Position numbers and translations under genes: made by a program. A stretch of DNA of 64,000 bases, taken from Vicugna vicugna (lineage: Eukaryota). The DNA is taken from positions 682,001 to 746,000 of the forward strand of contig MU058213.1 in the NCBI GenBank assembly GCA_013265495.1. The letters run 5' to 3'. The notes beneath the pieces were generated by a model. It did not search any database, was not told the origin of the DNA, and worked only from the letters and a program-made list of their open reading frames with translations. Shown here one piece after another: positions 1-11,604 of this stretch; the first letter of the stretch is position 1; each line of letters opens with the position of its first letter.

Positions 1-167
1 ATATTTATTGGTTATTGCATGTCTCTCCCTCTCCCCCTCAATGTAAGCTCCAAGAAGGCAGGACCTTGTCAGTTCTGTTCAATGATGTATCCCAAATGCC
101 TAGAGCAGCGCCAAGCACGCGGTGGGTGCTAAATGACTCCTTGTGGGAGGATGACTCAGCATTATAT

Positions 168-480
168 TGTCACCACACCAAACTTGGTTCTGCTCGCCCA
201 TGGGCAATAAAGCTCATCTACTGACACCTGGTTGTGGTGAAGGTGTGTCAAGCAAGGAGTCCAGGGCAGCTAGAGCCCAAGATACCCACAGTCTCCAATG
301 GGTTTCAGCAAAGCATTTTTAAAGGCCAGGTGGGGGAGGGGGTGTCCCAGGGTCCGTGATCAGCTCATGCAGGATTCTCTGGTTGGTTGATGGTGAGGTA
401 ACACGGTGGTGCCACAGGGGTTAACATTCTTAATCCTTAGGTGTCAGTAGGTCTGGGGGACTACATGCTCATAGTCCTAC
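168..480 (-). mobile_element. Partial ERV1-type LTR, same family as the solo LTR at 3226-3691, interrupted by the provirus at 481
   Basis: Begins TGTCACCACACCAAACTTGGTTCTGCTCGCCC, matching the reverse complement of the end of the 3226-3691 LTR. Confidence 0.7.
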
Positions 481-876
481 TGTGGTGGGAAGCCCCATGA
501 AAAGACCAGCAGGACCCACAGGCAGGGCCACTACTTTCCCACCGGCGCCATCAGGTTGCCTGGCCCAGCAGCTTTATCTCACTTTTGTGCTGTGTAAAAC
601 GGCTTGGTTCTAGGAAAGCGAAACTTACCCCTAAGAGTCTATTGGTTCCCAAAGCCCACTCCTGATTGGTCCATTTCTAACACCTCATTTGCATACAGCA
701 CAAAATGGAAACCTAAAACTCTATAAAAGCCTGTGTAAACCTACAGTTGGGGTCCAGAGCTTGGTGTGTTAACTCCTCTGGGCCCGCCAGCATAATAAAC
801 CTGAGTTCTCCAACCTTCCGACTGTCGGCTTGGCCTGTTGTCGGAATTCAGGTTGCTGTAACACTTTGATGTAACA
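481..876 (+). mobile_element. 5' LTR of a class I (gamma-like) endogenous retrovirus
   Basis: TG...CA termini, inverted CCAAT boxes at 641 and 665, ATTTGCAT at 687-694, TATAAAA at 722-728, AATAAA at 794-799, followed by a PBS. Confidence 0.9.
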
Positions 877-880
877 TTTC

Positions 881-898
881 TGGAGGCCCCAGTGAGTT
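881..898 (+). promoter_or_regulatory. Retroviral primer-binding site, tRNA-Thr type
   Basis: TGGAGGCCCCAGTGAGTT is 16/18 identical to TGGAGGCCCCAGCGAGAT, the complement of the tRNA-Thr(TGT) 3' end, and lies 4 nt after the LTR. Confidence 0.8.
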
Positions 899-1589
899 TC
901 CAACTGTGCCGGCCCCTTGAGCCGCCGGGGCAGCGGAGCAACTGCCTGGAGGATGGGAACCCCGAAAGCGAACGAGGCAGCACGCCACCCAGTGGTATTC
1001 CGGGTCCCCCTTCGCAGGGGTGGTTCAGCCCTCTGGGTAGCTGAACCCCAACTGGACTCGAGGGAGGGACGGACTAACTCACCAGGCAACACGTCCGGAC
1101 GAGGTAAGAGCCCCGGGAAGCATCCATATTCAGGTTATCCAGGTCGTGTCCCAGTAGACAGAAGGGAGGCTGATCGCTACCTTCAGGCTTCCCCATCCAA
1201 CGGTATTCCAGATGGGAAGATCAGGTCAGGGACGCCCTGGAGAATTAGGAGGGAAATGTGCAATTAACCTCTGAGCATTTGTGTGAATGTGTGTGTGACC
1301 TGATTCACTTGGGCTTCAGATTTGAGCCTGTAGCTCCATGGCGCTCTGCTACGGAGTTGGAGTGAGTCCCAACCTGCGGTCCGTGGCGACCTCATATGCT
1401 CAAGGCGGTATCGGCCCCTCCGGGTATGGATCGGAGTCAGGTTTATACTGACCCGCCAAAGCTAAAAGGCATCTTCATCCCAGTGAGGGGAGCGGCCAGG
1501 CAGATGCAATGAAAGCCCCTCCCTTTGTCTCGTTTGTGACACCAGCACAGGGTGGCTACACAGGGAGGGAAAGGGACATAGAACAGCCT

Positions 1590-2163
1590 ATGAGTAAATG
1601 ACCCCTGTGCCCTTGGGGACTGGGACGGGACTACTTTGAGGAAGTTTCAGATGCGACCTTGTCATCAGACCTCAGAGACATCCTGTCGGGACTAGTGAAC
1701 CAGCTTCAGTACTGCCCCTTCTGTCTAATATTGAGACCTCAAGACCTGAGCCAGGGGGAGCCTCCAGGGCTGGCTGCACCCCTCTTTTGAGGTCCCCTTT
1801 TTGGTTCATTTATTCTGCCACCGGCCCGCCATCTCGGCCCCGTGTTTTGTCAGTTCAGACTATAGAGAAGACTTTGTGTGGGGACCCCTAGAGCTCGTCC
1901 AGGCCTGGGAGAGCCTCAGGGACACCTGCCTGCCGTGGAATCCTCCGGACACATCGGGAGCACTTGCAGCCAAGCAGATGCTAGACCCGGTGAGGCAGCG
2001 GGCTTTTTGGGAGCTCCACTGTTTCGAGGAGTGGAGGAAATAGAGATACTGGGGTCACCATCTGTGCCGCCGGAAGCAGACCCACACCTATAGGTCGTAG
2101 AATCTGTCAAATGATAATGGGGGCCTCAAAGTCAAAGCTGACTGTTCTGGATTGCATGATTAA
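1590..2163 (+). pseudogene. Putative decayed pre-gag ORF in the proviral leader
   Basis: Two long overlapping open stretches (1602-1787 and 1750-2040) that join with one frameshift; premature stops at 1599, 2041 and 2098; overlaps the gag start out of frame. Confidence 0.45.
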
Positions 2164-2514
2164 AAATTTCAAAAAGGGCTTCTCAAGAGACTATGGGATT
2201 AAATTGACACCAAGAAAATTGTGCACGTTGTGCAAGCTAGACTGGCCCACCTTTGGAGTGGGATGGCCCTCAGAAGGCACAATTGACCTGCCAACTATCC
2301 GGGCCGTGTACACAGTAATTACCGGGGCCCCAGGGCATCCCAACCAATTCCTATATATTGACTCTTGGCTGACGATCACCCAAATTTTGCCCCCGTGGGT
2401 CCGGTTCTGCGCAAATGGTCGGGGACAGTGTAGGATCCTCGTGGCCCAGACACTGAAGGTGAAAAAGGAAGGTGCAACGAAGCTGATCTTTCAGGGGGAC
2501 CCTGAAGAAGAACC
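2117..2514 (+). pseudogene. gag: ERV gag, matrix (MA) domain, 3'-truncated
   Basis: MGASKS myristoylation motif; KNFKKGF..DYGIKLTP..LC..DWPTFGVGWPSEGTID..PGHPNQF.YIDSW..PPWVR are gammaretroviral MA motifs. Confidence 0.92.
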
Positions 2515-2562
2515 TTGTGCATGCTGAGCATGCGCTCTACCACTTGAGCTACACCCTCTGCC
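2510..2562 (-). mobile_element. Truncated tRNA-derived SINE (Vic-1-like) fused to the gag fragment
   Basis: CCTTGTGCATGCTGAGCATGCGCTCTACCACTTGAGCTACACCC is the reverse complement of the SINE 5' half. Confidence 0.85.
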
Positions 2563-2770
2563 TTGTCAATTTTATTATTAGTCCAACCAGAAGAACACAA
2601 AAGGGGTGCAGGGGGCACTTTCATCTCCCCAACACTAGAATTCTCTGAACAGACTTTGGTTGTAGATTTGGCTTTGCAACTATGAAAATGTTTGTATAAT
2701 TATACAACAAATTAAAAAAAAACCCTAAACAATTAAAAGCAACATGAATTTTGTATCAAAAGTATAGTTT

Positions 2771-3770
2771 TGTAGGGGAGGAGAATTTGCCATCCTAAAA
2801 TGTCTCTTTGGTATATTGCGTTAAGGCGGTTATTTTCTATAAAACGGCAGACGTGGAAAGGGCTCCGGAAACCAAGTAGAAATGGCCCTTTTGTAAGATA
2901 TTTACATTTGTAAGGAAACTCTCCGTTTGTAAAGATTTCCCTTGCTGTATCCAGAAGAGGAGGATGACCAAATCTCTAGAAGCTCTTAACAAAGAAGGCA
3001 CTGACTTAAATCTTCATCACAATCACCCTTGTTTACAGTTTACACCCTTGCTTTTCCTCGTAACTTCCCGCAAGCCCCGCTCTCTACGTCCTCTTTTGTC
3101 TCTGAGGATGGTATTTCAGGTGAGGGTTTCAGCCATTTTGGCGAGTTACTCAGTTTTCCTGTTTTTTTTTTTTTTTTCCCCTTCATGTATAGGTGTCATT
3201 CAACTTTGATTTTCTCCTCTTAATCTGTAACTGAGCGGGATCCTTTGGGGCCTACCCAGGGCAGACCCCTCCCCTACATCCTCTGCTTTAACCCCTCTCT
3301 CAAGTACTGATGCACATTTCCTGAGTTGCTTTACAGATGCTAAAACTACCACCAAGTGGAAGAGGTCAACTACTTGATGACCAGAAGCACAGAGCCCTCA
3401 GGTCTCCCGGAGCCTAAGGAGAGAGAACGTGACTCCGCCCTGCTACCTCACCATCAACCAATCAGAGAGTCGTGCACGAGCTGATCACCGTCCCTGGGAC
3501 GGCCCACCCCCACCTGGCCTTTAAAACTGCTTTGCAGGCGGGTTAGGGGTTTTAGAGCCCGAGCCGACTGAGCTCCTTGTGTTGGCGCCTTTACAGTAAA
3601 CAAACGCTGCACTTTCTGTCGCCGCAGCCTAGTGCCAAAAGATTGGCTTTACTGCGCCCAGGCGAGCGGACCCAAATTTGGTTTGGTAACAAATCTTTCT
3701 TGTGTCAATTTAATTCTTAAATGAGCCAGAGGGACCTAGAAAGGTAGAGGAAAATTTCTTCCTCCCTGAC
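2771..3770 (+). mobile_element. MER34-like LTR interrupted by a younger solo LTR
   Basis: TGTAGGGGAGGAGAATTTGCCATCCTAAAATG start and TTTCTTCCTCCC end; similar to the element at 37342-37888. Confidence 0.6.
3226..3691 (+). mobile_element. Solo ERV1-type LTR with 4-bp TSD
   Basis: TGTAAC...GTAACA termini flanked by AATC at 3222-3225 and 3692-3695. Confidence 0.85.
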
Positions 3771-3814
3771 CGTTCTTTATAACCATATAAAAAAAGAACT
3801 CTTCCCAGTGACTT

Positions 3815-4405
3815 TGTTACTGGAGAGTAGGCTCACTGTCTTGTTGCAGGAATTCAGAGATGAAACGCAGAGGCCAAGAAAGCAAAGCCAGGGTTTATTA
3901 AGCGGTAGTACGCTCGCAAGGGGAGGACAAGCAAACTCAGGTGAGCGGCCGCCCTGAGTTTCTTTGGCAAGTTGCTTAGACGGGGTGTGAAAATGGGCAG
4001 AATGGTCACTGGGGAGGGAAGGGCTGGGGTATTATTTTCTAATTTTCATCCCAGCTCCACCAGCTCCAGGGGAGGAGGGATTTTTTGTCCTTAGTTAGTC
4101 TGGACTGGAAGTGCCATGGTGTTGGTGCACGATGGGAACTTCTTACCCGTAAGGCTAACTTTTTTGTAATAAGAGCAAATGAGCAAAAGGTTACGTTTGG
4201 ACACCAGAGATTCCTGCCTTTTCCCACCTTTCTTTGTCTGCCTCCAGGACACTTACCACCTCAAAATGTGTGTTTCCTATCAGTCCGGAGGTTCCTGCTT
4301 TTCTTTGCCTAAGGACCCCTGTTGTCTACAAGATGTATGGTTTCCTGCCATTTGGCCCTGTGCCCCTTTTCTCTGCGCATATCTAGCGGTCTGCCTGCTC
4401 TAACA
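3815..4405 (-). mobile_element. Solo LTR
   Basis: TGTTA...TAACA termini, near-TSD ACTT/ACCT, minus-strand AATAAA near 3894. Confidence 0.7.
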
Positions 4406-4724
4406 ACCTTATAATGGAGTTATTTGATTATTCATCCCTCAGGACAAAAAGAACTGTAGAAATATCCTAAACTGTGTCATAAGTGGTAGCATTGATGTTC
4501 TTATCTCAAGACTGTTGGATGTGTATTGTGGGAAAATGTAAATGAGTGTGAGTTGAGAACTGGGACTTTTAGCATGGAGGGAAAGGAGGTGGTGAAGATC
4601 AACACATTTAAATAAAAACCTTATAATGCTGCAGTGGAATCGGAAGTAACAATATGAACTCATAATGTGATTTATCCATATCTATCAATCTCTATGTCTA
4701 TGAATCACCTCTGTCTACCTATGA

Positions 4725-6385
4725 TATTGTGACTTATAACAAGAAATATATATTTGGTCTTCGTCTCTGTTTCTGGCTCAGCACTCTTAGAACCTTTGAA
4801 ATTTCATAAGTGATGAGAGCAATACACGTGTCTTTTGATGTGTTAGCAAGATAACTTATAGGCTGCACCTGAGGATGGTGGCTGGTTGCCAGGGGAACCA
4901 ACCAAATCCCCGGACCTCAAAGGGAGAGGGGCTAACAGCTGAAGTCAATTGCCAATGACTAGTGATTTAATCAGGTAGGCCTAGGTAAAAAAGCGTCTGT
5001 AAAAACTGAAAAGATCAGGGTTCTGAGAGCTTCCAGGGTGGCGAACATGTGGAGAGGTGGGGAGAGTGGTGAGCTCAGGCAGCATGGAAGCTGTGTGCCC
5101 ATTCCCTGTGTCTGTCTCCCACCTGGCTGTTCCTGAGTTATATCCTTTTATAATAAACTGGTGATCTAATAGGTGAAATGTTTCTCTGAGTTCTGTGAGC
5201 TGCTCTCTAGCAAATTAATTGAACCCAAGGAGGGGGGTCTTTGAAACCTCTGATCTGTAGCTGGTTGGTCATCAGAAGCACAGGTGATAACCTGGACTTG
5301 CAGTTGACATCTGAAGGGTGTGTGGGGGTGGGGGGGTGCAGGGAGCAGTCTCGTAGGACTGAGTTCTCAACGTGTGGGGTTGCTGCTGTTAAACTCAAGT
5401 TCATGTGTCTGATGCACAGTGAAGCCGAACAAACTGAAAAGGTGGAGTTTGGAGTAGACAAAAGTCTATTGCAAGGGTTGCAAGGGCCGGGTTACTTGTG
5501 CTCAGAACACCCAAGGTCCCCAGTGGTGGTCTTTAGGGAAGAGTTTTTAAAGGCAGATTTTGGGGGACAGGCTGTAAGATGCATGACTCTCTTCCGATTG
5601 GATAGTGGTGAGGTAACAGGGTGGAGTTTCAGGAGTCTCAGTCAGCAGCCTGGTTCTGACCCATCTAGAGTCTCTGTGTTTGTGTTCAGCCTGAAGTTTC
5701 CAACCTCCACTTGGTGGGGACACTTAGTTCCTGCAGGAGGACCCCGACATATGTATCAGCTTGTTCTGTCTAGCCTTCGAGGAGAAACTAGGACTATGTT
5801 TTATCACTGCACTGTTGTTTCTTTTTTTATTTTGGGTGGGGGGAGGTAATTAGGTTTATTTACTTATATATTTATTTCTTAATGGAGGTACTGGGGATTG
5901 AACCCAGGACCTTGTGCATGCTAAGCACTTGCTCTACCACTGAGCTCCACCCTCCCCTCTGCACTATTGTTTCTTGACTGCTTTTCCTTTGTTTCTACAT
6001 TCCCTCACTTCCCTAATAATTGTTTGAATCTGCCCTTTGGAACTCAGGGAAGGTCTAGAAGGCTGAAGACTTTTTCTTGCAAACAAGAAATGGGGGACAT
6101 GGAAAGGCTTTTGTAACTGAGAGGGCCCCACAGTGTCCTGCTTGGTTCAGGGTCTGACACTATCTGCAAGTAACAGTGTCAGAATTAAGCTGAGTTGTAG
6201 GGCACCCAATTAGGTGTAGGTGGTGTCATAAAGAACGGCTTCATGTGGGGGGAAAACATTTACCCATCTGGTGACCAGAAGTGAAGTGTTTCATATGAGT
6301 AGTAAAGGAGACACACAAGAAAGAAAGACACAGTAGGAAATTACCAGGTTTTTCCCTACTCAGGTGGAAAACTGAGTTTTCCCTT
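4725..6385 (+). mobile_element. MER21-like LTR with a nested LTR (~5387-6150) that itself carries a SINE
   Basis: MER21-like blocks such as AATAAACTGGTGATCTAATAGGTGAAATGTTTCTCTGAGTTCTGTGAG resume after the nested element. Confidence 0.6.
5824..5958 (-). mobile_element. tRNA-derived SINE (Vic-1-like) with 17-bp TSD
   Basis: Full SINE body; TSD CTGCACT(G/A)TTGTTTCTT at 5807-5823 and 5959-5975. Confidence 0.92.
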
Positions 6386-7018
6386 TGTCATCTATCATCT
6401 ATTTTGTCCTAGCTCTGACCACTGAAAATGCCTATATACATAAAGGGATTTACAATTTTTATTTCTTATTCTCTGTAGAGTTTACTTTTTATAGCTCTGT
6501 TCTCCAGCAAATCTAATAAAGGTGAAATGTCAGCTGTGTTACTAGGCAACACTGCTTGTGGTGAAAATGACCCAGTGCATCTGGACAGTGAGGACAGCGA
6601 ATGAACTAGAAAGACCTGCTGGAAAGCTGTGGCTTTGGAGTTTCCTGAGAATCCTGACTCTTGAAACTGGATGTCTCTTGAGGGGACAGGGAAGCCAGTT
6701 GGTCCCACTAAAAAATTACTAACATTGGGATATTGGTTTCTAATTGGGATGTGAGGTTTATATTCATTGTTTATCTGAAATTCAAGTCTAACTGGGTATC
6801 CTGTAATTTATCTGGCAACTATGAAGGGAGGTGGTGTTGGTTCGCAAACTGGCCCCCATACATGGAGAGCAAGGAGAGACCAAAGAAAGAGGCAGGCTGC
6901 TTCAGATTGGTAGGTGGCAGGTTTTAATAAACAAGATGACTTACATACCAGGCTTGTCTTGGGATGCCGAAAGATGAGTGAACTCCGCATCCGTCTGCTG
7001 GAGACTTGAAAGTTTATA

Positions 7019-7338
7019 CAGCTGTCCCTCGGTATCCGTAGGGAGTTGGTTCCAGGACCCCCTCAGATACCAAAATCCATGAATGCTCTAGTCCTTTACC
7101 TAAAATGGCATAGTATTTGCACACAGTGTATGTGCTTACCCTCCCTTATGCTTTAAATCATCTTTAGATGACTTCTCATAACTAATACAATGTAAACACT
7201 ATGTAAATAGTTGCTGGCCCACCTGCAAATTCAAGTTTTGCTTTTTGGAACTTTCTGGAATTTTTTTTCCTGAATATTTTCCATCTGAGGTTGGTTAAAT
7301 ACAAGGATGTGGAACCCGTGGATACAGAGGACTAACTG
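7019..7338. mobile_element. MER2-like Tigger MITE
   Basis: Terminal inverted repeats CAGCTGTCCCTCGGTATCC...GGATACAGAGGACTAACTG, preceded by TA. Confidence 0.8.
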
Positions 7339-8276
7339 GACTGACTGCCTTGCGTTTCAGTCATGTACAGTTTCAGATGGTCTCAACACCACCATCACCT
7401 TACTCTCTCAAGGCTGCATCCTTGGAACCGCTCCTGCTGTGGGAACAGTAGGAAGAGAGTACATCCCAAGGACACGGGAGGGCATAAGGAACCTCTGGTT
7501 GCCTGGGTCCTGCTCATGGGTCAACAGGCAGTCATGCCCTTTTGATGACCTCCAGGCGACAGTGGGTGGGGATCCCTAGAGAAATGTCTGCCACCGCCCT
7601 GCTGGTGAGCTGTGTTTCCTGTCCTTGTATCCTTATTCTGAGCGAAGTCAATGCCAAGTGTGGCCTGTTGTAGTTATGGGAGCCCAGATGTTTACTAGAG
7701 CCTGAAAACAACACCAAAGTGGGCACTATATCCTAGAAGCAGTGATCAGCTCAGCTGCATCAGCACCCGGAGAACCCAGACTGTGTTCTCTAAGTACTAT
7801 GTCTTATTTAAAGGAAATGGCTGATTCCACTGGGACAGCAAAGGTGTCCCGGGATGAACCTGGCACATTTTGTCACACCAGAAAAGACCACTTGAAGACC
7901 ACTGCGTGCAGAGCAAAGAACTCAGGAGCTGGCATGGAGTGGCTGGGATTTGCTTGCATGAAGTGCTGGGGTGGAAGGGAGGGTAGAGATGAGAAAAGAC
8001 TGGTTGTGAGTTAATCATTGCTGAAGCTGGATTTTAGGGTATGAGGATTCATTGTGTCCTTTCCTCCAAATTTGTATTTTTGAAATTCTCCATAATAGAA
8101 ATACAAAAATAACATAAGTGGCTGTGCCACCTAAAAAGGACCCAGTTGTTAAAAAAAAAATGGTGAGGGCCTAATTGTACATAAAGTTAAATGAATAAGT
8201 CATTTAAAAAATCTAGCTTCAACAGGTAAAGAGCTAAGTTTGAGAATTTCAGTTCTCTTCACAGGAAGACCAGCTT

Positions 8277-8445
8277 GGGGGGAGGATACAGCTCAGTGGT
8301 AGAGTGCATGGTTAGACTGCATGAGGTCCTGGGTTCCATCCCAGTCAGTACCTCTGTTGAAAAATAAATAAAAATAAATAAACCTAATTACCTACCCCCC
8401 CAAATTAAAGAACCCCCCCAACATAAATAACAAAATAAAAAAGAG
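8277..8445 (+). mobile_element. tRNA-derived SINE (Vic-1-like)
   Basis: AGCTCAGTGGTAGAGTGCATG...GGTCCTGGGTTCCATCCC, AAACCTAATTACCT tail motif, A-rich end. Confidence 0.9.
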
Positions 8446-10379
8446 AAAGATAAGCTGGAGCGACCACACTGGTAACTGGGGCATGCATGTGCCTCTGTGC
8501 TCATTTATTCTCTCCTCTGGGCGCAGAAAGAAGGCAAACCAAGCACCCTGGTTCCCCAGAAGCTCAACCCCGGAAGCCTGGGGGCAATGGCAGCATGCCT
8601 TCTCGCGTCCAGGGCGCGCATGCCTCCACCTCACCGCCAGGGGGAGACAACAGCATAGGGTGAGTTCCCCCACCTCCAAGGAAGAGAGGATCCTGGGTTA
8701 GTAAGAATTACTGCTCACTCTTCAGTGCCCATGAGGGAGGTCATGTGGGGAGGCAGCAGAGAGCAGGGCTGTATCCGAGTGCCCCTCTCAGGCAGCGTAG
8801 GTGCCAGCTTGCCCCACACACTGGCTCAGTCAGAGCCAGGTCACCCGGCTGCCCTTAGCCCAGCAGGTGTCCCCTCCTCCCTCACGGCCATGCCACTTGC
8901 TATCTTTTGGCCCCTTCTTTTCTCCAGTGCCCTCCCTCCCTTCCCCCTTCCATCTCCTTATGGAGCAGACCCTGGGCCTCAGCAGAATGGTCTCTGTGGT
9001 CACCAGCCTCCTAGGACAATTGCCAACCTCGAGGGCTGCTCGCCGTTACTGGAAAGCTACTTTAAAAATATAAATAGCTGCAGTAAAGACCGGTCACAGC
9101 TGTCAAACCACAGTAAACCCAACAACTCTTTCCTGAAAACTGATTTCTGAGAAATCAGCCTCTGGTTGGATAGCTGCTCTGTCTTCAGCTGGAGGAGAAA
9201 CTCCAGTTCCCAAAGGGATGGAGATCTTATGGTGGATGATGGTCTTGGACCCTTTGATCTGACCCTGCCTGACTTTTCAGCAGGAATCTTATTTTATAGC
9301 CAAACTGAACCTTTTCTAGATGTGTAACCTAATATATACCTTTTAAATCAGATTTACTTTTGCTTTAGCTGTTTGATTTTTTTCAGGTGATGGAAACATT
9401 CAATTACCATCATGCCGAAATGCATATGTTTCTAGAAAGCTCCAATGTCTGGTTTTTAGAATGAAATGAGCTTTATTTCTTAAGTCATTCTTTTGCTCCC
9501 TATTAAAACACTAATTCCAAGAGGGTGTACCTTGGGAGCACAGATTACAGTGTAATTATTTTGGTTCAATATATATAACAGGCAAGAAGGACAAATTATT
9601 AATTCAAGGAAATAAAAGAAATGTACATGAAAGGAGAATTTATCATAGTTTGTTATATGGCTCAGCTCTGACTGGCATACAAAATCATAATGTAAAAATG
9701 AATATTGATTTAAGCAAAATTGTGATGTAACTATATTAGGTAGTGGGGCAGAAATCTGTGTGGCAGGAGATGGAGGAAAGAGAAATCTTCATTATCATGG
9801 TGTGAAGACAACCGACCATACTGAAAATCAAGAATTTGGTAATCCAAGCATTTTATTTTAAGATGCAAATACCAAAAGAATCAGTTAAAAAAGTTGAAAG
9901 GAGTTGTCTCTGGGGCTGGAAAATGGCAGGTAGGGGACTAGGAACTGTTTTTCCTCAGATCTTACTGAACTATTAAATTATGACCATGTATAACTTCAAA
10001 AAAAAAAGTTAAAAAAATGTTGATAGTCATCAGATTCAAGTGGACATTCTTAAGTATCTTAAGATTTCATTGACATCTTAACTGGATCGAGTAACCTGAT
10101 GGAGCTCAAATGGAACTGCGTTGTTTTGAAAGGTACTCATTTAATGCAGTGCTTCGCAATCTTGGCTGCACAACTGTGGCTGCACATTGGAATCACCTGG
10201 GGAAATTTTAGACCCTGCTCGAGCGGCGCGCCACCTAAGCCAATCAAACGGAGTTTACAGAGTTGGCAGAGGAGTCGCTAGTTTTCAGAGTATTTCAGGT
10301 GATTCTGATGTGTATCAAGGTTGAGACCCACTGGTCTGATGACACCTGAGGAACATATTTTAAAATTTACCCTATTTCC

Positions 10380-10470
10380 TTTGTTATTTATTATTATTAT
10401 TTTAAGCGGGGGAGGAAGTTAGGTTTACTTATTTTATTTATTTTTAAGGGAAATACTGGGGATTGAAGGA
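10380..10470 (-). mobile_element. Partial SINE (3' half)
   Basis: GGGGGAGGAAGTTAGGTTTACTTATTT...ACTGGGGATTGAA. Confidence 0.7.
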
Positions 10471-10739
10471 CTTGAGGTAGTTACAAATGAGTCAGAATTC
10501 AAGGTAGAAGGTTCAGGGTGAGACAGGACTAGGTTAAATAGCCACAGGGTGAAAGGGACTCCAGAAAAGAAGCCAGGAGGGCTGCTGGGAGGTGGCAGAA
10601 GGTAGAGGTGATGCTGGTGCCGAGTGCCCCCCTCCCCCCCTTCACGGCTTCCCTTTCCTTTTTCATTGAACCCACCCATCCCGGCTCATCTCTGCTGCTC
10701 GCCTCATCCTCTCAGAAAAAACACGGGGGCCAGGTAGGG

Positions 10740-10970
10740 CCTGCAGTGCCCCAGCTAACGCAGACCTCTGGCGGACGTGTGTGGCTGTCTCGGTGAGAAG
10801 CGGGAGCCACGTGGCTTCCCACCTGGCGCCCAGGTCCCCGGGGCAGCCGACTGGGGAGGGGAGCGCACCTGGGGGCGGGCGGCGGGCGAAGCACCCGCGT
10901 AAGAGATGTGGTCCCGGCAGCTGCTTTACGAAGCCTTGGGCCTCGGCGGGAGCTCGGGCAGGACGCTGAG
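10740..10970. promoter_or_regulatory. Small CpG-rich element with a palindromic E-box and GC box
   Basis: Local CpG enrichment, AGCCACGTGGCT at 10805-10816, GGGGCGGG near 10872. Confidence 0.35.
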
Positions 10971-11604
10971 ATGCATTAGCGTTGCAGAGGAAGGCACTGT
11001 CTGGATCTGTGTTCAGACTTGGGATGCCTTATTAAATTGGGGACCAGATTTCGAGAGCTGTAGCCAGTGAGTGGTAAGCTATCCCCACGTGTATTCCTAA
11101 CCATACGGGGACAGCGGTGCCTTGTCTCAAGGTGGTTGGTTTGTTTGTATGAACTGTGGTCATCCACATTTTCAATTCCTTTGCATTTCAAATGATGTTA
11201 GAAGAGGTATGGCATATAAACTGACACACTTTGTTAGCAACTTGAGCAGAACTTGTAAGGGAAGCTTAATGGCAGGCAAATCAGGATGGAAGCCTTGGGA
11301 CAGAAAGGCCTGAGTGTGGTGAGTTAACAGAAGCCCCTTAGGCTCTGTACTGGGTGTGGGGCACAGAGGGAGGAGTCAGTGGCTGACCTCAGACCTTGTC
11401 TGGGTGAGGCACACTGGCCCTCAGCTGTGGGCTTGGCAGGTCAGAATGGGTGTGTGGAAAAGTCAAGGGGCAGGGGACACTGGTAGGTCATTGGTGCTCT
11501 CTGTATTTTAAAGGCACAAGGTTTATTTTCCTCAAATTGTCACCAGGCTGCTCTCTCCCTTTCCCCTTTAAAACCCTGAGGTTTAAAAGCTGAAGCTGCA
11601 ACTC

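Noticed and set aside
5241..5849. 202-aa ORF
   Set aside because: Crosses junctions of nested LTRs and a SINE; no recognisable domain.
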